Below are positions 49,701 to 62,670 of a stretch of DNA of 64,000 bases, piece by piece; within the stretch, counting starts at the first letter, position 1, and every line of letters begins with the position of its first letter. A program made the translations under genes and the position numbers. The stretch is from Marsupella aquatica. Its lineage: Eukaryota; Plantae; Marchantiophyta. The DNA is taken from positions 20,838,152 to 20,902,151 of the forward strand of contig OZ316896.1 in NCBI GenBank assembly GCA_973895155.1, read 5' to 3'. The notes beneath the pieces were generated by a model. It saw only the letters and a program-made list of their open reading frames with translations, had not been told where the DNA came from and searched no databases.

Positions 49701-52700
49701 GTGGGATTGACAGGCATGTACTTCATTAAGGGCTGACAGGAAATGGCTGTTGTAGGTGACACATCCATTGTGTGATCGCATCCTCATTGGGGCACGGCTG
49801 GATGCGGTGGCTGAAATTGCCAAGTCCACTTGCAGTTTAGGACGTGCACAGATTGAAGGTACTTTTCCGGGCAGCGGTAGAGGGGGTGGGGCCAGTCGTT
49901 CACTCCACCAGAATTCAATTGGTGGTCTGCTTCGTACTTTGGGGAGAATGCCGGACCTGGAGCGTGGTCTTACCCGAATCTTCCATAGGACTGCAACTGC
50001 AGCAGAGGTGCCAACGAAAACAAGCTGCAGCTTAGAGAAGAGTTCATATCGTGTGAAAGTTCTCTGTTGATGTTCCACCCAAATTGATCACAGTTGTCCC
50101 TTTCAATTCCCTCAACTAAAGATTATTATAAAAGTCTAATTGCCCAGCGCACATTGGTCCCCAATTCGAAACTCCGGAAAAAGACGTGATGCAATACCCA
50201 CATTATAATGACAGATGCTTTAGTGTTTACAATGTTTTTCTTTCGTTTGTGTCAAATCTCGAAATTTTTATGGGCTTGAGTGAAAGTGGGAAACATCTAT
50301 CAAACAAAGTTTCGGTCACGAGATGAGTGAATTTCAGTCCACTACAGGAATATCTGGAACAGTTGTACTGCTCTCGTGATCTGATGTATAGTTTGTTGGG
50401 TGCAGTTTGTGAATGTTATTCAAGCGCTCATCACATCTGCAAAACATTTGCAGCGACTGCGATTCGATGGGGAAGACATGGACAGCGTATTGGAAGAGGG
50501 GGCAGAGGAGCAGAACAAGAAAAATCAATCCACATTATTGCAAAGGCTTGTTTCAGCTATATCCTCACCATCGCTCTGTGAGCATGCAAATCGGCTGCTG
50601 TCTGCCTTAAACACGGATGCTGCTACAGCAGGAGACAAGCTCAATCTCTTTAATTGTAAAGATGGAAGGTTTCCAGAGGTTTATTGCTCTTCAACCAAAT
50701 TGTGATTTATTTAAAACCAATTATAGACAAAGTTGAGTAAATATGAGCGAACTCGTTGAGCATTACAGCCATCCGTTTCAGAGTTTGAGTGTACAGTTTG
50801 GTCATCGCAGCCCAGGTTTCTAAGTTTAATGCATTTTTCTTATGCTAGTCACCTGGGCTCAACCAGCTCGTTGGATAATGTTTCAGTCAACGTTTTTCAG
50901 ATATTAAGATGATTTTCTTGTGGATCATCTGCAGGTCGCGAATTGCCGTCTAGCGATCAAAACTGCGGAGAAGGAATTGGATGAATTTTTGCCTGGTTTT
51001 CGTAAATTACTCAGACTTCCGAGCTTGCAATACATATCGATAAATGGCCTTTCGCATCTTGTAGAGGTCAGTACTGTAAGGCTGTCTTCCTGGCTTCACT
51101 TCCTTACGTTTCAAATTTCCATGTTAGGTGCATTTTTTGTTCGGTAATACATTAAGTCCTTCCTATGCTAGTTACCTTTATTAAAGAAATTCAAGAGAAC
51201 TACCAATCCATTTTGTAGGCTAATGCTGAGAATCTTAAGATGGGGCCAGTGAGACGTCCACTGCGTCTCCTCAAAAGAGGGTGCTTTTGAGAGTGATACT
51301 TAGGGAATTCTTGGAGTTTTCACTTATCTTAAGTTCCTATAACTTTACGAAAAGAGAAATGAAAGTTACAAAGATTGGACATGCATTGGTAGACTCATCT
51401 CCTGCATAAGTTGCCTCTGGCTCTCTATATGCTATCACTTCTATGAATCGAATGGACTTAGGCAAACTTGTGGCTGATCCAGGCCCCTGCAGCTCAACGT
51501 GTACCAGCAAACTGGATGAAAGTGAACAGTACAAAGAAGACCACTCGGTATCATCCACCAGAACCTTGAGAGCAGAGATAAGCTGGCACTTGCTCAGGAA
51601 GAGTTGGCTGTAGCTTGTGTGAGGGCATGGAATTTGTTCTTGGCAGAGTTTTCTACTCACTATGTTGACTTTCGAGCTTCAGTGCAGGCCCTTGCTGCAT
51701 TAGACTGCCTTCACTCTCTTGCTCTGCTTTCTCGCAACCAGGTGCTCATCTTGACCAAAGTTAATAGACTTGTTCCATTAAAGTTTGCGCTTTCCTCATT
51801 CTCTTGTTATTCTTTCTAACAGGTTAGGATATTTTTCTGTTTTTGAATCCTGAACCCCTAGGGCTACACCAGACCAGAATTTGTTGGAGATTCTGAGCCC
51901 TCGCAACTCAGGATACAGTCGGGCCGCAATCCGGTACACCTTTTCAACCAGTTTATGTGCCTGATTTTTTTCTGTGTTACGGCAACTTTCCATGACAGCA
52001 TGTGCCTTCCAACTCTTGTGGGTGTCAGATTTATTATTAACTGTTCTAGACAGAAGTAATAAACCGCTGAAGGATTCACTGAAAGTTCCGAAAGTAAAAC
52101 ATGTACGCAAGAGTCTTAAATTGGCTTTACCATATCGGAGCGTAAGTGATAATGTATTGTAACTATGTAGGATTTAGTTTTGAATGTGTGGACATGTCGT
52201 CCTATCTTTGCCTTTCTTTCTTCAATATAGGCAAAGCACACCCCCCCACCCCCGCCGACCCCTCTCATATTCGCTAGCAGAAACAAAATTAAAGCTGTCC
52301 TCATTTTGTCTTCGTAGAGTTCTGTTTGGGAGTGTACGCGTCCCGAAGTGTGTATTGTATATGGCTTTTAAATTATTTCTAATTATTTCTGTTACAGCAC
52401 TAGCATGGCATGTGTGTTTTTGTGGGGAGTGTCTTGGTGACCATACTGACGGAAGACTTATCTTATGCAGATTCTGGACTCGACTCTGCAAGATGCGTTT
52501 GTACCAAATGATACCTTTTTGGGTGACCCAAATGAACGTTGTCAGATAATCACAGGACCAAACATGGGCGGAAAGAGTTGCTACATTCGGCAAGTGGCCT
52601 TGATTGCCATCATGGCCCAGGTACGCGGTGATTTTGTAACAAACTAGCTCGTTGCGGTAGATTTGGAGTTTGAAGAGAGAGGCTCATTTGATTGATTGCA

Positions 52701-54166
52701 TGTTCTTGCTTTCTCGGCTTCTGTGGTAAACCCCAGGGAGGTCGAGAAGTTGTCTATCTCATTCTGAGGTTGCTCGTCCGTGTAACATGAATGGTTCATT
52801 TAATGGTAAGTAACTGTTTCGTACCCTGTTTTCTGTGAAGGTGGGCTCATATGTTCCAGCTTCATCTGCAAAGCTCCATGTCTTTGATTCTGTTCAGACT
52901 CGCATGGGTGCATCTGACAGTCTGCATAAAGGGTCAAGCACTTTCTTTGAGGAGCTTAGTGAAACCTCTACCATATTGAGAACTGCAACCTCTCGGTCGT
53001 TGGTTATATTGGATGAGCTGGGCCGAGGGACAAGCACCCATGATGGAGTAGCAATAGCATATGCTACGCTGCACCATTTACTGAAGGAGACGAGGTGTCT
53101 GACTCTCTTTGTTACTCATTATCCTAAGATTTCTGAGCTGATGGATGAGTTCCCAGGAGAGGTGAACTCCTATTATGTGTCTTACATGGCACATGAATCA
53201 GGGGCAGCGAAGGAATTGACACTAGACTCTAGCCAAGGTGGCAATGAGATATCCGAGGACTCGCAGACCATCACATTCTTGTACAAGTTGGTGCCAGGAG
53301 TCGCAAGCAGAAGTTTTGGTCTGCATGTTGCTCGGCTTGCACAGGTCAGACAAATTCCACCCCCAGTAGTTGTCTATCCCATATCTACATTACTTTTTGT
53401 TCCGGTTTGCCTTCATGGGGTATCCTTGTTGGGGTAAAGAGCACTGATATTATTTGGTTAGGGACGGGACGCCATGCTTAAAATCGAGTCTTCAAGAAAG
53501 CTTGGACCTTGGGTCTAACCGTTGTGTTATTTTCTGAATCCTCAGATTCCTGAAGCGTGTGTGCTTCGCGCCGCCAGTATGGCAGCCAAGTTTGAGAAGG
53601 AAGTCAGCAACCGAGAGATTTTGGAGGTCACAAGTGACTGTGTTGAGGGGACCCGCAACATAATGACCTTGTCGGAGTGCAGAGAAAATGGCACTAGCAA
53701 TTGTCTTGAGGACAAACCCAATAAAGGGATCTTGTTAGATAGTAGGGATGCCAACAACTGCGTCGAGGTAGGACCCCACAATAGGATCGTGTTAAGTGAC
53801 AAAGGTGCCCCTACCAAGAGTGGAGACGGTTTGGAAGAGTGTCGTTCTGTAGAGACCGAGGGCACAAACATAGCCCCTGACAGTAACCAAATAGTTCGTA
53901 CTTCAATTGGAAATATTGTAGAGTTAAGTGCTGAGCCAACAAGTAGTAGCCTGGCAACCTTTTCAACAGATCGGCTTGAAGATGGAAGTCTTCCGGATGG
54001 TAGACATGTGTATACGACAGAAACTAGGAAGTTCACAGCTGAGTCTGACCTTAGAGCGCTGTTTTTGTCCATGAAAGATGCCCTAGAACATCATAATGAT
54101 CACGCAGAGTGTATTTCTTTGCTTATAGACATTCAGAAGCAGGTACGGGCGACAATCTACAGTTAA
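46732..54166 (+). CDS. MSH3: DNA mismatch repair protein MSH3; 12 exons: 46732-48179, 48520-48699, 49044-49208, 49467-49565, 49756-50007, 50406-50678, 50935-51066, 51483-51741, 51862-51933, 52471-52620, 52841-53344, 53546-54166; frame lesions in exons 1 and 8 (pseudogene or assembly error)
   Basis: N-terminal PIP box [10 protein letters not shown]; [21 protein letters not shown] (MSH3-type domain I); [15 protein letters not shown]; Walker [11 protein letters not shown]; RMGASD..STFFEEL; [16 protein letters not shown]; FVTHY; [10 protein letters not shown]. Confidence 0.92.
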
Positions 54167-56746
54167 ATTTAAATTGCGGAGGTTTTGCTCCCCACCAATC
54201 TACAAAGAGAGCCGTCTGAAAAATTCCACTTAGAATTAGATGCGGTTAAATTCCCGAAGTTCATCGATTACTGTACTTCGCAGCTTTGGGGCTTCAAATT
54301 GAAGGCTTCCAATGTACTTTAAAGTTGGGCACAATGAAAGACACTCAAATTACATATCCCTTCAGCGACCTGTTGGCCGTCCCGTTTACAGCTGTAGCTG
54401 CTCATTCGATACCAATCTGAGCTCCCAATTCGAAATGATGAAACAAATCAGGTCGCCCAATAGAAAAACTAAGGAGTCTTGAAATATCACTCATCAGAAA
54501 ATGAGGACCAATTGTAGGATACCGGGCACCAACCCATTAAACGGAGCCGAAGCACAAATTGGGAAAGAACCGTCGCTTGACTTACTACAGCGGAAAGAAT
54601 TCATGATGGTGTGATGCAATAGACGTGCTCCGGAATATATGAAGCTGACAAAATGACAGCCGCAGAGGTGCAGGGATTCCAACTCCGCCGAAATGTTCGT
54701 CACCGCATAGATACTTTGACTAAGCTAGTTCAGCGTGACGAGGCAATGGATTATGCACAAATTTTGTAGATCGATTGGTGACTAGTTTCTGCGAAATAGC
54801 TGTGAGTACACCGAAGTGTGACTTGTTCATCATGGGATCAACTGTGAAATCCTTTCTATATGGTGTACTTCAACTGATGTGTCGTCGAGTGCTCCGTTCC
54901 ATTCTTTCAATGAGAAACACATTCAGTCTGGAGGCGCCTTGCAATCACAAAGTAGAGGGTGAAGTTCATTGATCAAGGGATACAACACAATACTGGAGAT
55001 TGAAGTTATGTAGCGTCAAAAGAAGTTGAAGTATTTTCCATTTCTGATTGCAGTAAGGTATCGAGAGTCGTTCAAAAATATTTGACCGCCTCCCAAAATT
55101 GTTCCACTGCCATAGTCGTCCTTGTAACTCAAACTACAATGGATATATAACAGCTATAGTCAGGATGCTGTTACCTCTGTACATTGCGACTGACAGAAAA
55201 TTGTCGAAACTACCAATCGTCTAGAACTAAAAACTGCGTGTGCGCCAAGCTTAAGCCTAAAATAATTGAACCATGCCATTCAACTAGCCTTACACCGCGA
55301 GATATTCGCTGTAATGAATAGTGGGGAGCTAGCTAAGCCGAATTGAAGTTACATGAAGATAGTTGGCCCCGCTTCAACTGAATTGAAACGAAGAAGTGAA
55401 CGCTGATCACAACTGCGCTCCATCCAGCAGTGAGAGCATCGATGAACTCAAATTAGATACCTTCTTTCTCTCAAGGTACCCGCCCTGTGGTCACAACCGA
55501 TGGAGATGGTCTCGCTGATCGAATTCATTTCTCCCCTACTTGTGCTTCTTTTTTTCAAGGAGCTCTTCGGTTGAGGCTCCGGCAGCAGCATTTCTATTAA
55601 GAGCACGAAATGTTGTTGACGGGGTGTGACGATCTGCAGTGTCGTCAAAATTGCCAAGAAGTGAATCATTTGTACCGGGTTCTCGCTCGAGAGGTTGCTC
55701 CCCTGCGGAGTCGGAGAGTGGCGACGTCGCGTCAGAAGGAGGTTGTCTTTGTAAGGAACTCGTTCTCGCTGGAGTCGGCAGGTCCTCTTCGTTTCGAGCT
55801 TCGTTTCTGCTTTGGGGTTCGTGAAGATCTGGGTCAGCAGGATCAGGTTGTCTGAAACGGGGTCTGAAAACATCTGCTGCACACCCTGGTTCACCACAAG
55901 TATCGAAGATTACTTACGCGGATCGAGCTTGAGGCAACAGATCAGTAATTACAAAACAAGATTTCCCGAAAAATCGACAAACCGCCACAAATGCATTTCA
56001 TTGTGATCGTCGTTACCTCGATGTCTAAGCTCATGAATAAGAGACACGACGTTAAGAAATACGCCTCCCACGAGCGGATAGACAGGACCATTATCTCCCG
56101 GGGAAAGCCTGATTCCGACAAGCACTATGCCGAAGAGTATAAGGAAAATGATATAGTTCCGCATGATGTCCCACATGATGGATTTCGCCGAGTATTCGAT
56201 CTATTTTCTTTGATGAATCGATGTAAGTTGCTGGTACGCACGTCTAAGCCGAAAGCAAAGTGTGATGAATCTGAATGAGTGGATCTTTGGATGTTGCGAC
56301 CATCAGCAAAGCTTCCTTAATATTAGTCCAATTCTGGTCACAGTTGTGGCCAGCTTGTGTTGTGCAGTAGTGTTCGCCAGCATCAACACAACGTTTCATC
56401 CGCGGGTCGGTTCTGAGAATACATTCGTTAATCACTTCGTCTCTATTCTAGTGACCAGTAAGCTTTGGTAGGGGTGTACCACTGGTAAACACTTCAGGCT
56501 CCCGCATCCAGACCACCGGCCGGCCGGATCGACAATCTCCTCATAGATATCTTGTCCGAGTTCAATCTAAAGACCGCTAATATATAGTGCTCAGTCCTTT
56601 TGCGCGCATCTGTTCTTCAGGCTGTTGTGAGGTACGTTCCAATCATCACTGCTAACTTGCAACGAGTAAGGAGATTGCACATGCGTTCAGGACGGTACAA
56701 TTCAAGGCATCGATCTTTACGTTTCCCTTCTGAATTGCATTGAGCC

Positions 56747-56948
56747 GCGAGTGCGCGTTGCTATGACGGTTGATCGCCCGTTTCCCGTTTGAGTTGCATC
56801 GCGCGAGTGCGCATTGCTATGACGGTTGATCGCCCGTTTCCCGTTTGAGTTGCATCGAGTGCGCGTTGCGAAGACGGTTGATTGCCCGTTTCCCATTGAG
56901 TTGCATCAAGCCGCGCGTACGTGCGCGTTGCGATCACGGTTGATCGAC
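56747..56948. repeat. ~50-55 bp GC-rich tandem repeat, ~4 copies
   Basis: GAGTGCGCGTTGCTATGACGGTTGATCGCCCGTTTCCCGTTTGAGTTGCATC repeated. Confidence 0.85.
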
Positions 56949-57479
56949 GGGCTTTGTAGCGAATGTTCGATCAGGCGCTAGAGTCTAAGACACTTTTGAA
57001 CTATGAAGGTCAAGCTAGCTACCTCAGTCGAGTTTTGTGAGCTACAGGGAGAAACAGGAGATCATAATCTGAATTGCATCCTAGCACGTACATCTACGGC
57101 ATCGGTAGTGTTGGTTGTAAGTGGTGACGATCGATGGCGATGGTGGCGGTAGCAAATGGTGCATGGATGGATTTGTCGAGGAATCAGAAGGTTGAGTTGA
57201 TTGGCAATATCTCTTCAATATTGCTTGCTGCGTGGCTAAATTGAAAGGGAAGCAATTACGATGGCGGAAGCTAGGGGAGGCCCAGACGGAAGCAGATCGA
57301 ACATGAGCAGTCTCTGAATTGGCTAATTGAAGCGGGGAAGAATCGGTCAGATCGAGTTTAGCAGGCATGGTTTGTACCAGGAGTATTAAGATTGTTTACA
57401 ATACCCATTCCGTTGCAACATGATACTTACGCTGTAGAGAGACACACAATCCTATTGTGTGTCACTTCAGGATTGTGTG

Positions 57480-58313
57480 AAGTGACAAAGATGCCCCTAC
57501 CAAAAGAGTGTAGCGGATTTCGACGAGTTTCGTACTGTAGAGAGTGAGGGACCAAAAATAGCTTCTGACAGAAACGAAATAGTTCTTAGTTCTATTGGAA
57601 ATATTGTAGAGTGAATTGCTGAGCCAACAAGTAGTAGCCTAGCATCCTTTTCAACCGATAAGGTTGAAGATGGAAGCCTTCCGGATGGTGGGCATGTGTA
57701 TAGGGACAGAAACTGCGAAGTTAATTTACAGCTGAGTCTGACCTTCGAGCGCTGTTTTTGTCCATGAAAGATGCCCTGGAACATCATAATGATCACGCAG
57801 AGTGTATTTCTTTGGTTATAGACATTCAAAAGCAGGTACGGGCGACAATCTACACTTAAATTTAAATTGCGGAAGTTTTGCTCCCCACCAATCTACAAAG
57901 AGAGCCGTCTGAAAAATTCAACTTAGAAATAGATGCCCTTAAATCCCAGAAGTTGATCCAATCGATTACTGTACTTCGCAGCTTTGCTGGCTTCAAATTG
58001 AAGGCTTCCAAAATACTTTAAAGTTGGGTACATTGCGGGGTACATTGAAAGGCACTTGAACTACTTAACCCTTCAGCGACCTGTTGGCCGTCCCAGTTGT
58101 AGCTGCTCATTCGATACCAATCTGAGCTCCCAAACGGAAATGATGAATAAATCAGGTCGCCCAATACGATATGATGAAACAAATCAGGTCGCCCAATAGA
58201 AAACTAAGGATTCTTGAAATGAACGTCACGCATCAGAAAATCAGGACCAATTGTAGGATACTGGGTACGTACCTAAACCCATAAAACGAAGCCGAAGCAC
58301 AAATTGGGAAAGA
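57480..58313 (+). pseudogene. Duplicated fragment of the MSH3 last exon and 3' flank (source ~53793-54568)
   Basis: Colinear match (ATTGGAAATATTGTAGAGT, GCTGAGCCAACAAGTAGTAGCCT, CAGGTACGGGCGACAATCTACA, GAAGCACAAATTGGGAAAGA) with indels and stops. Confidence 0.9.
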
Positions 58314-59869
58314 TGTTGAAAATCTACGGAGCTACATTGTCCTCAGGTTCTGTCTTCATCACGCCTACTGCCTCACTTAATTAGTGAGCCAGTGATTAGC
58401 TGTAATTAATTAATGTCTGTTAAGCAATCCATTATTATGGTCGCTAGGCAGATCAACGAGCATAGAATTAGTTCCTTAGGACAAATCCCACCTAGGATTC
58501 CAACCACTTGCTCCGCTGTGATGGCTGTCTCCCATCCCTCTGATGGTTCTAATCCTACGGTGATTCTTAGTTGCCGCTTAGTTGCCGCTTAACGACAGTC
58601 TCTTTCTCTGTGTATAATTCCCCTCAGTCACGAGGGCTAATCAAGCATTATCAGAAAATTTCTTCATGGTATCAGAGCTACCAGGTTTCTGAGACTCGTC
58701 ACTCCATGACATTCCAAGGCCCCACCATGTCTTCCTCCGACACCACGAAGATCTCCTTCTCCAAGAGTGAAAAGTTGGTAGGAGCACTGAACTACATCAT
58801 CTGGGCCTTCCATGTCGAGCAGATTCTGCGGGAGAGAGGGCTGTGGTACATCGTCGACCCTTCAGCTCAGCCTGTCACCAATGGGCTACCCGGAGCCGGG
58901 GGAGGGAATCCATCACCCTCAGGGTCGACCACAGCCACGAGCAGCAAGTCAGGAGCCACCAGCAGCACAATTGCAACAGGACTCGCTAACACTGCAGACC
59001 CGGTTCAGAAAGACAAGGAGCGGGTAATCATAATTCTTACCAAAGCCTCCACTGTCTCTATATTTCCTATCATTAGGAAACTACGCAAGGACCCAGCTAA
59101 ACTCTGGGTCACTCTTAAGCAGAAGTTTGAATCCACCGCCATTCAGCGGAAGTTAGATCTTAAAACTGCCCTTGTTGAGTTCAAGATGCACGAAGGAGCA
59201 TCAGTTGAGGAATACCTCAAGAAAATTGATCATCACATGATGCAGCTTGCATCAATAGATGAAGAGATACCTGACAAGGAACTTATTCAGATAGTACTGC
59301 GTAACCTTCCTGCTAGTTGGGCGTCGTTTAAATCTGTTTATGGTGTCCTGTACTCGAAAGATACTACCGCTACCTTTGCAGACTTTGAGGAGTACCTTCA
59401 GGCAGAGGAGTTTAGCCGAAAGCCTTCTAGAGACCTTGTGGAACAGTCACTACTTGCTGCATCTAGCGACAACCGGCGTGAAGCCCAGATATCCCATCAT
59501 GGAGATCAGCGACGAGACTACAATCAAGGAAGGGGTCATGGTCGTGGCAGGCTCAACCGATGGGGGCCCAGGAATGCTGCACCACGAGTTTTTGCTGGCA
59601 GACCCTCCTGCAACTACTGCGGTAAGAAAGGACACTAGGAACCTGACTGTTTTGAAAAACAGGCTTATGCTAATATTAAGTCTATGTCTCCCACTCAGAT
59701 GCGAGAGCTAACTCAAAGCATCAAAGACATCAAGGGTCTTGGACCCAAGTCCTACCTGGCTACTCATAGCAACATCGGGGATAGCGACTCTGAGAAGAAC
59801 AGTGTCCCCACTGACGACCAGTCAACTCTCACGGTTGAAGCAATGCTCAGTGAGTTTGACGACACACGT
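58314..59869 (+). mobile_element. Ty1/Copia retrotransposon 5' part: LTR 58314-58666, PBS 58667-58678, gag
   Basis: TG...CA LTR followed by TGGTATCAGAGC (tRNA-iMet PBS); begins exactly where the MSH3 duplicate stops. Confidence 0.88.
58706..59869 (+). pseudogene. Copia gag (DUF4219/UBN2, zinc knuckle) with a nonsense codon in the knuckle
   Basis: KLVGALNYIIW..ILRERGLW; LWVTLKQKFE; MHEGASVEEYL; LRNLPASW; CNYCGKKGH*EPDC (TAG at 59636-59638). Confidence 0.85.
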
Positions 59870-60689
59870 TGTCCGGGTGACCGTGTTTTCTGGCAAGAGC
59901 ATGTTGGCTCTTATGAAGTTAACCTTGCATGCTCATAAGTTCTACACTAAAATCAAAATGATAATTCTAGTAACAAGGGTAGTGGGTATTAAGAAAGATT
60001 CAGGTGAAACTAAAATACTGTTAAACCCTACTTCACCATACTTGCGGACCAACACATCACGAAAATTAGTTTTCTTATGACATATGATCCTAATATCTCC
60101 AAGAGAAAATGAAATAGGAATATCATCCGGGCTCTTATTCAGATCCATGACTTCAATAAAGGACAAAGATGATGCACTCCCACTCCTCTCAGTACGACAC
60201 CACTGGGTATATTATTGGCTCGTTAGAAACCATAACAGCAGTTGCAAACTGAGCTCCAAAATGATAGGTTAGATGTTGCCTCATAGATGGTTTGTCTAAA
60301 AGATGGACTCTAATCAAAAACGGATTACAAAGAAGAAGATCAGGGATAACTCTCTCTCCTGGATTCATGATGGCTCTCCTATTCCTTTGCTATCCAGGCC
60401 AAAGGACGCCCCACCCCTATATTCCCAAAGAAACCTTATTCCCTAAGGTCCCATCTATAAGTCTACCACTCATTCCTTTGCTATCCGGGCCAAAGGACGC
60501 CCCACTACTATGTTCAAGGCACAAATGAGCTTCAAAACCTTGAATGATAAACACTGCGGAATGAGGGGAGAGTGCCCCTCACCACTTTATTTATAGTGCA
60601 CACCAAGAGGGCATGGATCAAGCCCAAGCACTTGGATGAAGGCCAAGTGGCAAGCATCAAATACCTAAGAGTGTGCTAGTACTGTTCAT

Positions 60690-60925
60690 AGTTGGTGAAA
60701 CTACTTTTAGTAGGTGGAACTACCATGCATTGGTGGAACTATTGTGCGTTGATGGACCTACTGTGCGTTGGTGGAACTATTGTGCGTTGGTGGTCCTACT
60801 ATGCGTTGGTGGACCTATTATGCGTTAGTGGACCTACTGTGTGTTGATAGAACTATTGTGCATTGGTAGAACTACTCATATACATTGGTAGAACTACTCA
60901 TATGCATTGGTGGAACTACTGTAGT
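60690..60925. repeat. ~20-bp tandem repeat (~11 copies) inside the Gypsy LTR
   Basis: TTGGTGGAACTACTGTGCG-like units. Confidence 0.85.
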
Positions 60926-61165
60926 CCGTTAATATAGTTAAAGAAGTAAATAAAATCTAAATTTAATAATCTAACTACTAAACTACTTATATAATCTATA
61001 ACATATTAAAACAAACAATTTTTTTATAACTTAAGAGAAAATCATGACACATCACCCCTACCAAACCTATGCATCCTCCGGTATACGCCACACCTAGAAT
61101 CACTACATGTCTTCTTCATCTAAAGCCTCATAGTCGTCTGGTTCAAACTCTTTCTCTGTCACAAA

Positions 61166-62670
61166 TCAAGTTCGTCGTTTAAACAATTTTACTCGCTTCC
61201 CTGCATAGGGATTGCGATGAATTGCTCCATCAATTTTTCTTACCACATATGTTGCATTAGGACGAACCTCCTCCACCACAAATGGTCCTCTCCAACGATG
61301 TGCAAACTTCTTCAGAGTAGAATGTTGCTGTTCCAACCCTCCCTCATAGATCAAGACCCAATCTCCATTTTGGATGGGAATTGGTCTCAAACGATGGGTC
61401 TTGTCAAACCGTTCCTTATTCTTCTCACGAGCCTCCTTTAGCTTTAGTAACGCCTCCTCAATCTTCTCCTTGGTCTGGCTAAAGTGCTCAATCCTTTGCT
61501 CCAACAACTTTTCTCGGGAGATTCTATCTTGCCATTCAATCATCCTCCAACTCTGAACATTTTCCTCAATTGGCATCAAAGGCAAATGTCCAGAGACTAA
61601 TTCGGCAGGCGTAATTCCTGTTGTGGTAGTGCATATCATTCGATCTGCCAAAAGAGCAAACAATAGAAGATTGGGCCAAAGCGATGGTTTTCATCGGCAA
61701 GATTTCACCAAGGCATTCACAATTGGTGGGTGCCCTCGCTCAATCTTTCCATTCCCTTCTGGGTTGTAGGCAGTAGTAAGTTTGAACTTGATGTTGAACC
61801 GGTCGAAAATTTTTGCAGCCTCTTCAGAATTCAACTCTCCTCTATCTGCTCTCATTTGCACAAAACAACCATGACGTGCTATAACGTCTTCAAGTATGAA
61901 CCTGCATACTGCTTCTATAGTGTTAGAGGTCAAAGCCCTTCCTTCAACATAGGAAGATAAATCTTCTCTTGCAAGGACAAGGTACTTTGCCCCCTAATTC
62001 CCCATGGCATGTGCACCACATCTACTTCCCATTGAAAATGTACAGAAAGAGGACTAGTGGGATTAAGTCCATCTCTAAACCGAACTTTAGAGTAATATTG
62101 ACAACTCTCACAAGATCCAACATAGGATTTTACATCCACATACATGCCTGACCACCAGTACCACCTTTGAACCCGCTCATAGGTAGCTTTAACTCCTCGA
62201 TGTCCTGCTTCAACAGCATCATGAGAATCCCATAAGACTCTCTTCTTCTCTTCATCTGTATCAAGAACTCTACAAGGAACATGTCCTTTCTTCAAAGACC
62301 TTCTCCATAAAACACCATCCTTTAGCATGAACTTGTAAGCCTTCTTCCGTAATTGTTGAAACTTCTCTTCTATCATTTCAACAGGCCTTTGAAGAGTACT
62401 AAGGTACCTTCCAATCAAGAGCAACTCTCCAGAATAGAGCTCCTCTTGAAATGTTAAGACCTCAAACTCTCCATTCATCACTCGAATTGCCTCCACTTCA
62501 TTCTGATCATAGCGGGCTCTTGAAAGCATATCTGCTAGTGGATTATCTTTTCCAGCAATGTGTCGAAGCTCGGGGTTGATCATCCTAATGAAAGCTATCC
62601 AACGTAGCATAGCAATGTCTGGAGTATCACAGTTAGCAATCATCCCTAAAAGTGGTAAACAATCAGTCTC
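61166..62670 (-). pseudogene. Gypsy pol fragment (RNase H C-terminus, HHCC zinc finger, rve integrase, GPY/F), frameshifted
   Basis: ETDCLPL..HIAGKDNPLADMLSR; HDAVEAGHRG..YWWSGMYVDVKSYVGSCESCQ; VDVVHMP; ADRGE; YNPEGNGKIERGH; RWRGPFVV. Confidence 0.9.

Noticed and set aside
53542-54072. 176-aa antisense ORF over the MSH3 last exon, and similar shadow ORFs over PRA1, LIP1 and FUT
   Set aside because: Explained as reverse-frame shadows of real coding sequence
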